64,000 nt of DNA from Cyanophora paradoxa CCMP329 (lineage: Eukaryota > Plantae > Glaucophyta), in assembly GCA_004431415.1 (NCBI GenBank), contig QPMI01000473.1, positions 62,001-126,000 on the forward strand, read 5' to 3'. Every line of letters begins with the position of its first letter. The stretch's first letter is position 1. Positions 47,477 to 60,300 of this stretch are shown here, in pieces. Both the position numbers and the translations under genes were made by a program. The notes beneath the pieces were generated by a model, which saw only the letters and a program-made list of their open reading frames with translations, searched no databases and was not told where the DNA came from.

Positions 47477-50400
47477 ATGTCGAGGGCGGGGAGCTCGCAG
47501 CAGGCGCCGGCGCTGGACCTCGATGATTCGCTGGCGCCGGAGCGCGGCATCGCCCACAGCGTCCTCGCCGCCCTCCAGGCGCTCCTCTCCGCCCTCCACG
47601 AGCGGCCCAAGCCCCGCCGCGGGTCCGCGCGCGCGCGCGCGCTTCCCCGGCCCGAGTCCCGGCCCGGCGCGCTCGGGGCCCGAAGGCTCGCGCTCACATC
47701 CCCGGCCCGACCCGCACCGCAGACTAAGAGACAACGTCCTGCTGCCGCTGCTTCTGGAGGTCGCCGCCTGGCTCCAGTTCGCCGCCCTCGCGCTCGGGAG
47801 GTTCGTCGCTCGCTCTTTCCGGCGCAGACGTCGCTGTACATGTGCTCATGATCGGCCGCGCGCAGCGGCTGGCATGCCTCGGCGGTGGGCTGGCTGAGGG
47901 ACGGCGTCGCTCTGGACCGACTCGCGGCGCGGACCGGCCCGACGGCGGCCGCCGCCGCCCTCTACGCGTCCGCCGCGCTGGCCGGTGCGCCCCCCCCCCC
48001 GCGCGCGCGCGAGTGCGCTCCGCCGCCCGTCTGACGGCGCGCGCGCACACACACAGCGACGGTGCTGCTGCTCGCGGCGTGGGTGGTGCGGATGTACATG
48101 CAGCACAGCCTGCGGCCGCTGCCGCTGCGCGCGCTGCGCCTCCTGGCGCCCTCGCGGCGCACGCGCTCCTCGTGCCGGCCCTCGGGGCGGCCGTGCAGGG
48201 GATCCCGTGCCTGCTGCCGGCGGGGCGGGCGCTCCCCTCGGGGGCCGCCTGCCCCGCCGAGCCGCCCCTGATCGCCGGCCTCGTCGCCGTCGCCGGCGTG
48301 CCGCTCCTGCTCCTCGCCGCCCTGCCCCTCGCCTTCCTCCACTTCGACAGCGACCTGTGCGCCGCCCACGCCGCCGGCCCCGCGGTCGCGCCGCCCTGAC
48401 CGTGACGGCGCGCGCAGGGCCTCGCCGCACTGGGGCGCGCGCTCGCACGGGCGGGCCGGGGGCCTGCTGGCGGCGGCGCAGGCCGGCCTCGTCCTCCTCC
48501 GCCTCGTCGTCCCGGACGCAGGCCCCGCCTTCCTCGCCGCCGTCCTCGCCGTCGCCGCCGCAGACTTCGCCCTCTCCCTCGTCCGCCCCGCCCCCGCCCC
48601 CGGTCGAGCTGCCGCTCACCCGCACGGCCGGGCCGCGCGCAGATCATGCAGCCGCACGTCCACTCCCGCATGAACGAGCTCCGCAGCGGCCTCTCCGCCG
48701 CGGTCCGCCGCGCCCCGTCGCGCGGCCTCGCGCCGCGCCGCCGCCGACGCGCGCGCGCGCGCCCTCAGGCCCTCTGGCTGGCGGTCGCCTCGCACATCCT
48801 GGGCGCGCTGCCCGACGGGACCGACGAGGCGGCCCGCCTCGCCGCCTCGGGCCTCCTCCTCGCCCTCGCCCTCCCCGCCGCCCTCGGCGGCGCCTTCCTC
48901 TGCCGGTGCGGCTCTGCGGACTCTGCCGACTCTGCCCACTCTGCCGACTCCGCTGACTCTGACTCCGCAGCTTCGTGGAGCGGCGGGTGGCGGGGGACCT
49001 GCAGCGGCTCGCGGGGGCGCTCTTCGCGGCCGCCCCGCAGCCCTCCGACATGGCCGTCTACGTCGTCGAGGCCCGCCCCCACCCGCCCCGCCCCGTACCG
49101 CCCTCGGGCGGCGCTGACGCGCGCGGCTTTCGGCTTTTCGCGCAGGCGCGGCCGGGCGGGCGCGGGACGAGGGCCTCGCGGAGCGCGCGACGGCGACGAC
49201 GCGGCGCGCCTCCGCCGGCGGCGAACCGTTCGGCAGCGGCCCGGCGGGCGCGGAGGCCGGCTTGGTCGCCAGCGTGGCGCCGGAGGTCGGCGCCGGCGCC
49301 GGGGCGCGGGAGCCGGCGGCCGCGGCGGAGGGGCGGCACCGGACGCTGCGGGAGATCCGGGAGGGCCAGGCGGCGGAGCGGAGGCTCCCCGTCCCCTCGC
49401 TCGCCGCCCTCCTCCCGGGCTTCCTGGGGGAGGCCCTCGTCGACGTCGCCGCCCGCTCCGTCCTCACCCGCACCACGTGAGCTCTGATTTCGCTTCATTT
49501 TGCTGGCCGTCTTCTTTCTCTGACGCGGCGCGCGCGCCGACAGGGCGGCCGACGGCGGGCTGCAGGCGGCGGAGGGCATCTACAAGGCCGGCCTGCGCCT
49601 CTTCCCCCGCTCCGCGTTCGTCCTCCTCAGGTGAGATCTGATCCGACGAGCTCTGATTTGATCCTACGCCGGCACTGACGCCGACGCCGCCGCGCCCGGC
49701 CTCGGGCAGCCACGCGACGTTCCGGTTCCACTGCCTGGGCGAGCTCCAGATGGCGCAGCTGGACGCCCGCCGCGCCTCCCGCCGCGTCGAGACCTGGCTC
49801 GACTGGGACATGGCGCGCGCCGTCCCCGTCCCTCCGCCTCGATTTCCGTTGAAATGTCGATCGAACTTGCGCGCGCGGGCAGATCGTGCTGGCGGCGTTC
49901 AAGCAGAAGGCGTGGGAGCGCCACGACGGCGGCGGCGTCAACTTCCTCTCCATGCTGGCGCGCCGCCGCAATTTTAAATATACAGTAGCCTTAAGCCTTT
50001 CTTCTTAAGCCTTGAGCCTGCAGGAGTTCAAGAGGAGCTACGCGGGGGCGACGCGGGCGCACAACGAGGCGCTGAAGAACCTGCAGTCGCTCTGGGGCCA
50101 GCTCGCCAAGTCCAAGAGCAACAGCTGGACCAAGGAGCGCCTCGCCCTCGTCTACCGCCGCATCGCCGCCATCCACTCCGGCAAGCAGGTGCCCGCGCCC
50201 GCGAAATTGGAAGCCGCGCGGCCTCCGGTTTTCCTCATCGTTTTCTCCCCCGGCGGGCCCGCAGAAAGCGAACGAGGCGTACAAGGAGCTCGCCCGCAAG
50301 TTCCCCAAGTCCAAGATGCTCCTGCGCTCCTACGGGCAGTTCCTTGCAGGTCCGCTCCGGGTGGGGCAGCATCCGGGGCCAGTCCGGGACGCCCGGCCTT

Positions 50401-53400
50401 TATTCTCATTTTTAGAAGCGCGGCTTCAGTAAGGCCCATAAAATGTATATATAGACGAACGACGTTGACGCTAACGTATACGTCCGATCCGCGGCGCAGA
50501 CGTGCAGCACGACCCGGAGATGGCGGCGATGCAGTTCGCGCGAGCCGACAGCATCGAGGAGCAGGAGGCGGCCGAGCGCGTCGGCTCCGGCGGCAACGAG
50601 GCCGCCAACGGCAAGGGGCCCGACGTCGACGCCCAGGTGCGATCGATATCGCGAACGCGCGCCGCCCCGCGGCTCCGTCCAGCAGCCTCGAGCCGCTCCT
50701 GACCGTCGGGCCGGCGGCAGTCCGACGCGAAGAAGAGCGCGCGGAGCGGGTCGTCGGGGAGCTCGAAGATGGCGCGGGCGGCGGCCGCCTCGGCGCAGAT
50801 CGGCTCCAAGACCCTCGGCGCCCTCCGCCAGCTCCGCTTCGGCATCGTCGCCCAGGTCTCTTCTCCGTCACCTTTTAAATTTCCAAGCTCTTCCGGGCGC
50901 CTGAGCCTAGGCCTGACCCGTACACGCAGCTGGCGGTTTGCGGGCTGCTCTTCGCGGCGTCGTACGCGGCGATCATGGTCCAGTTCGGCGCGGCGCACGA
51001 GGCCGCGCTGCGCCTCTACGTGTCTGGGAACATCGCGCTGAACCTCGACTGTGCGCCTCTTAAGATGGGCGGGGATCGTTTAACCTCTCGTTTGGTTGCA
51101 CTCAATGTGCGCGCGGCAGACACGAACTTCTACATCCGGGACGTGACGCTGGAGTCGCTGCTGGCGGAGAAGACGGGCGACGAGAGCGTCTACGTCGAGT
51201 CCAACGAGCGGTCCGTCCGGCGCCGGCGCCGTTCACAGTTGTTGGAGCCGCTCGCGATCGCTCGAACGTGAACGCTCTGAAATTCTATCCCGCCACGCAG
51301 GCTCAAGAGCGCGATCGAGACGCTAGAGCTGTGGAGCTCCGTCGCGTATTTCGGGGGGCAGCTCGAGGTTCGGATCCGGACGCTCTTAAGATTCGCGTCG
51401 CCCTCGTAGCACGCCGATGCGACCCTTGATTTTCGGCGTTGCCAGGACGGGACGAGGGTCCCCGCGAGCGCGCACCCGCTGATGTACAACTACTGGCGCG
51501 AGCCGAGCGTCCTCGTCGAGACCCTCGTCTCCACCAGCGGGCCCAGCGGCGGTCCCCTCTTCGTGCGCAAGAACCTTGGAAGCTTTCAGCCGAGTCTAGG
51601 CTCCGACGGCGTCCGTCCCGCAGACGAAGGAGCGGGTGAGCCCGTGGGACGCGACGCGGGCCTTCGTGGGGCACGCGCACGTCGTCCTCTACTCCGACGT
51701 CCACACCGACCTCCACGAGTACGGCCAGCTGCTGGCGCGTCCGTTCGGGGGCCGCTTTGTTTAACTCTTTGTTTCGTTGCGTTTGCCTGCATGTCTGTCT
51801 TTGACAGCATCAATCCCGCAGAACAACACGCATTTCCAGTACATGATCCGGAACGGGTGCGTGCTTCCTGCTTACAATCATGAAGATACTCCAATCCGAA
51901 CATGCGCATGCTGACGCGCGCGCGGGGCAGGCCGAACGCGATCACGCAGTCGGTCATCAGCTCGCGCAACCTGGCGATGCAGGAGGCCAACGACGTCATG
52001 ACCAAGACGTACATCGTGCGCGCGCCGCCCCTCCCTCGGCTCCGCGCGGGCGTCTCTAATTTCACCCGGGGCCGGGCAGGTCGTCGGGTGCGTGCTGGGG
52101 GCCGCCCTGCTGCAGCTCCTCTGCGTGGCGCCCCTCCTCTTCCGCAAGGTCCGCCCCTGCAGCTTCTCGGGAACCGCCGCCTGACAATCGGTTTCTGCGC
52201 TGCCGCAGGGCTTCCAGGCCGTCCGCGCGAACCAGAAGGGCGTGAGCGAGGTCGTCGGCAGGGTCCCCGTCTCCATGGTGCGCGCCCCGCATGAACCGAA
52301 CCGAACCGAACCGCAGTCGCTGATCGGCGCCGGCGCCTGCGCAGGTGTCGCACATCGCGGCGCTGTACGAGCAGATGAGCCTGGTGGGGCGGGACGGCGA
52401 CTCGGACGCCGACGTGGACGACCTCCTCGAGCGCGAGCGCGAGGAGGAGGCCGGCGCCCGCGGGGAGGGCGGCGAGACGGCGCGGGACGGCGCCGGCGGC
52501 GCGACCTCCCACCGCTCCGGATCCGGCGCCCCGACGTCAACGGCCAAGCCCGGCGGGGGCGTCCCTGCCGAGCCGCCCGTCAAGGTCGTGCCGCTGACGA
52601 CGCGGGCGCTCAAGTCGCTGCCGGCGGGCGGGCCACCTGGCCTCGTCGTCTCCAAGTCGGAGGCGCAGGCGCAGGCGGACCGGGCGAGCAGCCGGGGGGC
52701 CGTGGGCGCCCGCACGACCCGCGAGGACGTCGACATCGAGCTCGCGCGGCGCGAGGACGACAGCGACGAGGAGCTCGAGCGGGGCAGCCTCGGGCGCGAG
52801 GCGAGCGTGTCGGACCCCGGCGGCAGCGGCGGCGCCGACGCCGACGCCGACGCCGACGCGGGCGACGACGTCGTCCCGTTCGAGGCCCCGGGCAAGGAGG
52901 GCGGCGAGGCGAATTCGAAGGGGGCGGAGGCGGCCGCGGCCGGCGCCGGCGAGCCGGCCGTGCAGCTGCAGTTCTCGTCGTGGCTCCACGGCCTCATTTC
53001 CTCGGACGGGGAAGACTCCAAGGGCGGCAAGGGCGGCGTTGTGGCCGCGAAGCCGGCCGCGGCGTCGGGCTTCATCAACGTCGTCGAGCTGAGCCCCAGG
53101 AACGGCGAGCAAGAAGACGACAAGGTCTGTCATTCCACGCGGCAAATCACTCATATGCATACTCGATCTCTGAGCCGCACAGCGCAGACGCAGCCGAGCT
53201 GGGAGCCGGTGCCGGCCGCGGCGGCGGGGGCGGCTGCGGCGCCGCCGCGGAACTCTTCGCTGCGCAACCGGCGGAACCCGGCGCTCAGCCTGGCGCCCCG
53301 GGGCCACTCCTTCCTCAAATTCTCCTCCCACAACGAGGCGAGGCTTTCAATGAACGCAGTCCTTTCATTTCTCTGTAATCTGAGCCGGCTACTAGGTCGT

Positions 53401-55414
53401 GGAGATCGACGAGGCGGGGCAGGAGAAGGCGCGGCGCGCGTCGTACATGCACCTCGGCTCGGGCGCGGCGACGCCGACGCGGGCGGAGGCCTCCGGATCC
53501 AAGCCCGTCGCGGCGCCCGACCTCCACGAGGCGCTGGAGAGCGCGCGTAAGAGCGCGCGGGGCGCCGGCGCCGACCGCGAGGCCGGGCCCGGCGAGGGCG
53601 GCGCCCGGAGCGCCTCGAAGGGCTCCAGGATATCGGCGGGGGGCCTAGGCCGGAGGGCGGCCAGGGCGGCGGCGGCGGCGGAGCTGAAGAGGGACGTCAA
53701 GGAGTCCAAGGCCGGCGACAGGGGCAAGGAGAAGGAGCGCACCGCCTTCAGCGCCATCGAGCGCACGCAGCTGGTGCGGGCGGGCGGGGGGCGGCGGTAT
53801 CTAGGTCTAGCCCTGGGCGCGCCGGTTGACGGGCGCCGGGCGCCGGCAGGTGGCGGCGGTGGTGTACGCGGACCTGGAGGCGAACGTGCAGCGCGAGGTC
53901 GTCTACGCCGGCGCGGTGCGTGCGGGACCCGATTAGCGCGCCCTGGCTCGGCGGCGCCGGCGCCGGCGGCTGAGCGCGAGCCGTGCAGCGGCGCTACGTG
54001 TTCCTGAGGATGGCGACCCTCGCCCGCGAGATCTACGTGCGCCCCGCCCGAGCTCGAGCTCGACGCTGCGGCTGAGGGCAGCTGGCGCAGGTGAACGACG
54101 GGTTCCTGGCGCCGCGGCACGAGCTGATCGACCGCATGCACGCCGACCTGCGCGAGTACGAGCGCCTCCACAGCGGCCTCAAGTACGGCTCCACAGACCT
54201 CGGCCTCCGCGGCACCGACGGCCGGTGCGCCCGGAACACAGTTTTCGCGCAAATTTCGCGCCTGCGAAAAATCGCGCGTGCGGTCTGCGCATGCCGCGCT
54301 GACCGGAGCTCGGGATTATAGGCAGAAGGAGATCTCGGACATTCTGTACGAGCCGCGCGCGTGCTACCACATGGAGGTGCGCGACCCTGCATCTGCTGCA
54401 GCTTTCATGAGGTTTCTTTACGGTTTCGCCGCGTGCAGCCGGAGGACTGCGGGGAGGACCGCTTCAAGCCGCTGAGCCTCGTGACGACCGCGGGGGCCGA
54501 CTTCATCGCCGCCAGCACCTTCCTCTGGGCCCGCGAGGCTCGCCCCGCCCAGCCCGGTTTTCTCTCTTGTGCTTCTTCTGAGCCCACTATTTCGCGGGGG
54601 CAGATCCTGGCGCAGGAGGGGGCGCTGGACGACGGGGGGGTCTTCGTCGGGGGCCTCCGCGCGACGGGCGGCTCCACGGCGCTGGACGCCGACTACGACA
54701 TCCGCAGCCTCTACAGGCGCCTCCGTTTTACTCCGCTCCGCCTCTCGCGCGTGTCTCATCTGGCCCGGGGCGCGCAGCCGGTCGCCGAGCCTGGAGAAGC
54801 TGATGCTGCTCCGCAACGAGATCGACGACGCCTACGCCGTGCGCACGCCGATCAATACATATTCTTTGATTTCTAGATCTAGATCTGTAATGGCTCGATC
54901 TGTAGGATCGCCACATCTCATATTGAAAGTCCCGTTATAATTGACGCGTACGTTAGGTGATGCTGGATATCTTCGTGAAGGACGCGTACAAGAACGTGAA
55001 GGACGTCGGCGCCGTGGAGGCCGTCATCCTCGCCCTCGGGGTCCGCCTCCCCGCCCGCGCTCACGTCGACTTCGCGATCGGCGTCGCCCCCGGCGATCGA
55101 GCTCGAGCTCACTGACCGCGCGCCCGCCCCCGCCTCCAGCTCGTGGCGCTGGTGGCGATGTACTTCGTGCTCTTCAAGGGCATCCTCTCCCGCCTCGGCG
55201 ACGGTCCGCCAGCTCGATATCGATTCGAAGCTTTCCAATTTCCGCATCCGACGCTTCGCCTCGCCTCGCCTCGCCTCGCCTCGCCTCGCGCGCAGAGTCG
55301 AACCGGGCGATCCAGCTGCTGCAGACGGTGCCGCTGAGCTGCCGGGAGGACCTGAAGCACATCTACGCCTTCGTCGACAAGAACGCCGCCCTTGACGCCG
55401 ACGCCGACGCGTGA
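47477..55414 (+). CDS. TmcB/TmcC-like large multi-pass membrane protein
   Basis: N-terminal TM bundle; helical repeat AYKELARKFPKSKMLLRSYGQFL..DPEMAAMQFARADSIEE; two TM-flanked modules; C-terminal LKYGSTDLGL and RAIQLLQTVP; many short introns. Confidence 0.7.
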
Positions 55415-55825
55415 GGCGTGACCCCCGCCGGCGATCCATCCGCGTCGCCAGCGTCGAAGGCCGGCCCGCGGCTTCTCTCCGTGAACTTCGGAATGCGGTT
55501 CTGACTGCATTCGAATTTCTTGCGAACGTTTCGGCGCGTCTCGGTGCTCTTTTTTCATTCTAGGCTGCCCAGGCTGGGCGCGTCATTTTAGGCTGGGCCG
55601 TCTCGCATTCATTCCTGTTATAGACTAGAAATCGGTGAAAGCGTGTTCAGCGGCTCGGGCTCGCATTCAGCTTCAGCACTTTTCGCTGTAGCTGGTCAAA
55701 GGTTATTCATGTAAGCATAGTTTAATTTTGTTGTAGAACTTTGCATACAGCTGTACTTATCAAAGCGCGCTAGTCTTTATCACGTGTATCTGAAATCGCA
55801 TAGTCTTCAATTCATATCGATATCG

Positions 55826-55915
55826 CTATCGATATCCCTGTCGTCCTATTGTCGTTATTGACTCAATAGTTCCCAGGGCCACATAACGACAATAGGACGA
55901 CAGAGATATCGATAG
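55826..55915. repeat. 33-bp-arm inverted repeat (hairpin)
   Basis: 55826-55858 pairs with 55883-55915 with one mismatch; 24-nt loop. Confidence 0.9.
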
Positions 55916-56323
55916 TCCGCCGGTATAGTACCGTGGCACGCGCATAACACAGCCGATTGCAATCGCATACTTGTTTTCGCGAAAACATGAACGCTTTACG
56001 CGTCTTATTGCCTAGTTAGTCAGAGGGAGACGTTGTTCGCAACCGTCGACGTCGTCCAAATATCGATCAATTAAGTACAAGTGAGCTTGGCGCTGCACGT
56101 GTACATGTCACGATCACTTGTAATTGGCCGCAAGTTGCAAGGGGGGAAAGAAGACCGAAGGTCTTCCCCCCTTGCTTCCCGTTCCCTCGCTTCAGCCAAA
56201 ATTTCTTCTATGAGGCCGTTTTCGAGGTCCAGTTTGCAACGCGGGGAAAAAATGGGCCGAAATTCGGTTGCAGCGACACGTGTTTGTCGCTGCGGCCGTC
56301 CATGCAAAAAAAGGTTTTCGAGG

Positions 56324-56750
56324 GCGAAGACCAGTTTTCCTTGACTTGAAGCCTGGAAACCAACTTCTCTCTCATTCCGATCTTCGAATTCCTTCCGCGG
56401 TTCTAGCGAAGACCAGTTTTCCTCGACTTGAAGCCTGGAAACCAACTTCTCTCTCATTCCGGTCTTCGAATTCCTTCCGCGGTTCTGCATGGAACCAGTT
56501 CTCCCTATAGCTAGCTGTCTCCTGTAGATTTCGGCTTCCTCGCAGTGCGTCGCGTACGCCTTGCTCTTCGTTGCGCGGTTCTGCATGGAACCACTTCTCC
56601 CTAGCTGTCTTGCTCGATCTCCTCTAGATTTCCACTTCCTCGCACTGCGCCGCGTACGCCGCACGGAATTTCTTAAAAATTCTCCCTAGCTGTCTTGCTC
56701 GATCTCCTCTGGATTTCCACTTCCTCGCAGTGCGCCGCGTACGCCGCACG
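56324..56750. repeat. composite tandem repeats (2x ~83 bp, then 3x ~70-90 bp)
   Basis: GCGAAGACCAGTTTTCC..CCGCGGTTCT twice; TTCTCCCTAGCTGTCT..CGCGTACGCC three times. Confidence 0.85.
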
Positions 56751-57375
56751 GTACCCGTGCCGCCTGATCTACTTTTGACTGCATCAAGCTTCCACCGCAG
56801 CACGTGTACCGAAGCACGCGCAGCCCGTGGGCCGGATTGGCCCGTACCGCGTAGCTTTTCCTCGCGATCCAGCCTCTCAGAGTCTGCCCGCAGCCGCATC
56901 GCTGCGCCGACCTCGTTGGCGCCCCGGCCGCTGTCCCTTCGCGCCGGGCGGTCTTGCGAGCTGACCAGCTCTTGCGAGCGCATCAGCGGCAAACCGATCG
57001 CGAGCGTTCGAGTTGCATGTTCGTGCCACTACTACTCTTTCATTACATCCCGATTCCCCCCTTGCACCCCCGGCGCGCCAAAACGCGGCCGGGCCACTAG
57101 TACATGTCTGAATTCGAATTTACCGTGTATACGTACTAGTACGTACAAATTAAACTATAGCTAGATCTCATATGCATTCCCCTATTCGGAGGCACGCCAG
57201 CCGCGCGCGGACTACCCATGGCCAGCGGCAAACTCCGCGCGTGTGCGCGCGGACCAATATTCAATGGCGGCAAGCGCTTGTCATTAGTCGAATTCGAAAT
57301 TCATTTCGAGATATGGTCCAAAGATTTGGTTCAAAGAAAACGCGAAAACAAACATTGCCGCGGGCTGCACTGAAG

Positions 57376-60300
57376 CTACACTTCCTGCGAGTCGTTCGTC
57401 TCGGGATCGCCCCCGTCGCCCTCGGGCTCCTCCTCCCCCTCATCGCCCACCTCGGCCCCGGGCTGCCCCACGTCCGCGCTCCGCCCCGCCTCTGCACGCG
57501 CCCCGCGGCCGCCGGCGTACGCGTCAGGGAGAAGTTTGGAGAGCTAGAGGGCGCTGAGTTCGACGGGGCCGGGCGCGCCTGCGTCCATGGGGTCCCAGCT
57601 GAGTCCCGCCGAGGCGCCGGCGACGCCGGGCGGGCGGAGGCCAGCGCCCGACGCGCCCTCGCCCTCGCCGGCCTCCGCCTCCGCCTCCGCGGCCTCCTCG
57701 GCCTCGCCCTCGAGCTCGCCCTCCGCGGGTGCCGGCTCCGGCTCCTCGAACTCTCCGAGCTCCGCCTGCTGCTGCCCTTCTGTATCAGGCGCGCAGCACG
57801 TAACACCAAATACAAACTTGCGAAGCGAATAGGCCGACCTGCAGCTGTTCCTCGAGGTCCTCGTCGGCGTGGGCGGAGCGCGCGTCCTCCTCCTTCGACT
57901 TGCTCTCCTCCCCGTCGACGTCCCCGCCCCCGTCATCCTCCTCCTTCGACTTGTTGTCCTCCTCCTCCGCCTCCTCCGCCTCGGCCTCCGCCTGGGCCTC
58001 CGCCTCGGCCTCCGCATCGTGCGGGGCCGACCGCGACGCTCCGGCGCTCGCCTCCGCCGGGGCCGGGGCCGCCGCGCCCTCGTCCTGGCTGTCCCCGACC
58101 TCCTCCAGCTCGCGATCGGGGTCCGCATCGGCGGTCTCCTTCGGGACGGCCGCGGCCGCGGCCTCCTCGCCGCCCCGGGCCTTCTTGCCCTTCCGCTCGC
58201 CCTTCGCCTTGCCCTTCTTCGCCTCCGGCTGCGCCCGCTTCCGCGGTCGCTTCGCCGCCGCCGCGGACGGGCTCGGCTCCTGCGCGAAAACGCGCGAAAG
58301 CGATTAAAAGAGGCATGAAGGACGCTGGCGGCGGGCCGGGGCGGACGGGGTAGGCCTGCTGGGAGCCCGGGATGACGACGTCGGGGCGGGCGCTCAGCTC
58401 GAGCTCCTCCTCCTCTGCGGACGCGCGCCTCAGGGGGGCGGGAGGACGGGGGACGGAGGGGCGGGCCCTGGGCGTCGGGGGCGGCGTCGGGGGCGGGGGC
58501 GTCGATCTCGAAGAACTCGCGGTAGCGCTCTTGCTGCGCCCCGGGCGATCACGGCGTCGAATATTACACTGTAATCAGAAGCTGAAGCCTGGGCGCACCG
58601 CGCGGTGGACGAGGACGGAGAGGAGCTCGGCCTGCGGGCCCGGGGCGGACGGCTCCGTCAGCCGCGGCATCGAAGCGGATCGGGCCGGGGGCGCGGGCGG
58701 GAGCTCGAGGGGGCGGGCCTGGCGGTACTCGTGGCGGTAGAAGTCGTGCGCCTCCATCACGTTGTTGATCATCAGCTGCACCTGCGCGGCGGCGGAAACA
58801 CGGGACGGTGTTAAGACGGTGTGGAGGCGGTGCAGCAAGAGGCCTAGGCGCGCGCGCGCACGTCGGCCCAGAAGGAGGACCAGGTCTCGTAGCGCCCCGC
58901 CGCCTGCTTCGCCCGGACCTACTCGCGAAGCGTCAACTGCGATCGCTCGAGCGTGGAACGAGAATAGTGCGGGTGCGCGAGCGCGCGCGCGCCTCGGCGA
59001 GGTCGATGCGGAGGCAGGGCGTCTCCTTGCGGCGGTGGAAGAGGGTCTTGAACTCCTCGTCGAACATCGCCTCGATCTGGCGGAGTGTTCAATGCCATAG
59101 CTCGGAGTTATTTCGCGCATAGACGAATCGAAGATGCCAGGAGCAACCCCGGAATGAATTATCGTATCGATTGTGAGCGCACCACCTTGCCGATGAACTG
59201 CTTGAGCGTGGCCTTCTGGCCGTTCTTCGGCAGGCAGCGCTGGCAGGCGCGCGCAGCCGCGGTCAGCATAATTTCAGGCGAACAGAGAAGAGCGCACCAG
59301 CGAGTCGGGCTCGGGCGCGTCAACGAGGGGCCTGAAGGAAAATTAGATGCGCGATTTCGCGCAAATTTGCGCTTGCAAAAAACGGCGCACGTGTCGAAGC
59401 ACTCCCAGGGGCTGATCGCGGGCGGGTCCTGGTAGTAGTCGAGGTACCACTGGCCCGTCTTCTTGTTGAAGTTGTACCACATGACGCTGCGGGGGCGCAG
59501 GGGCGCTAGCTTAAGGCCGGGAATTCACGCTCAGCAGCGCTCACGGCGCTTTGTTTCGCTGGCGCCTCACCGGAGGGAGTCCCAGGGGCTGTCGGGCACG
59601 TCGGGGTCGGCGGGCACGCGGGCGAAGATGCGGCCCTCGTGCCAGAAGGCGATCCCGGGGTACGCCGGGTCGTAGAACGGCGTCCTGCGCACGCGCGAGG
59701 TTCGCGTTGAACGGGGGCGTTGGCCCGGGAGGGCGCCGGCGCGCACCGGAAGTGATCTCCCGGCTTCCAGTTGTTCGAGACGACTGCGACCGCGCGCTTC
59801 AGCAGGAAAGCGCAACAGATCTAGAAGGCTCGAGCTCCAACGCTCGCACCATCGAGGTAGTCCTGGCGGCGGAGGAGGTACGAGGGCACCTCGGTCGTCT
59901 TCTCCTCGATGAACGGCATCGTCACCGCGGCGCCTGCGAGCGAGCGAGCGAGCGCGGATCGAAGGAAATCTCGAAGCGGCGCGGGTTGAGGATCCGGATC
60001 CGGACCCTTCGGCTCGTAGTTGGGCTTGGGAACCACGCGGTCCGCAGACTGCGAGCAATCGCGACCGAAAGTTAGCTATAGCCTCGCGCCTAAGCTTAAG
60101 GGGCAATGCAATTTAAAAGGGGCGGACGAAGGAGCGCCAGGTCTCCTCGTCGAGCTCCTCGACGTGCAGGGACGTCCACTCGGCGCCGTCGCCCTCGCCC
60201 TCGCCGGCGGCGGCGGCGGTGTTGGAGAGGATGCGCCCGAAGCGCACGCCGACGGAGGCGTCGGCGAGGGCCGACGTGTCCGAGACGAGGCCCGCCTGCG

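Noticed and set aside
56071-56664. 197-aa ORF
   Set aside because: Produced by tandem repeats; at most a decayed coding relic.
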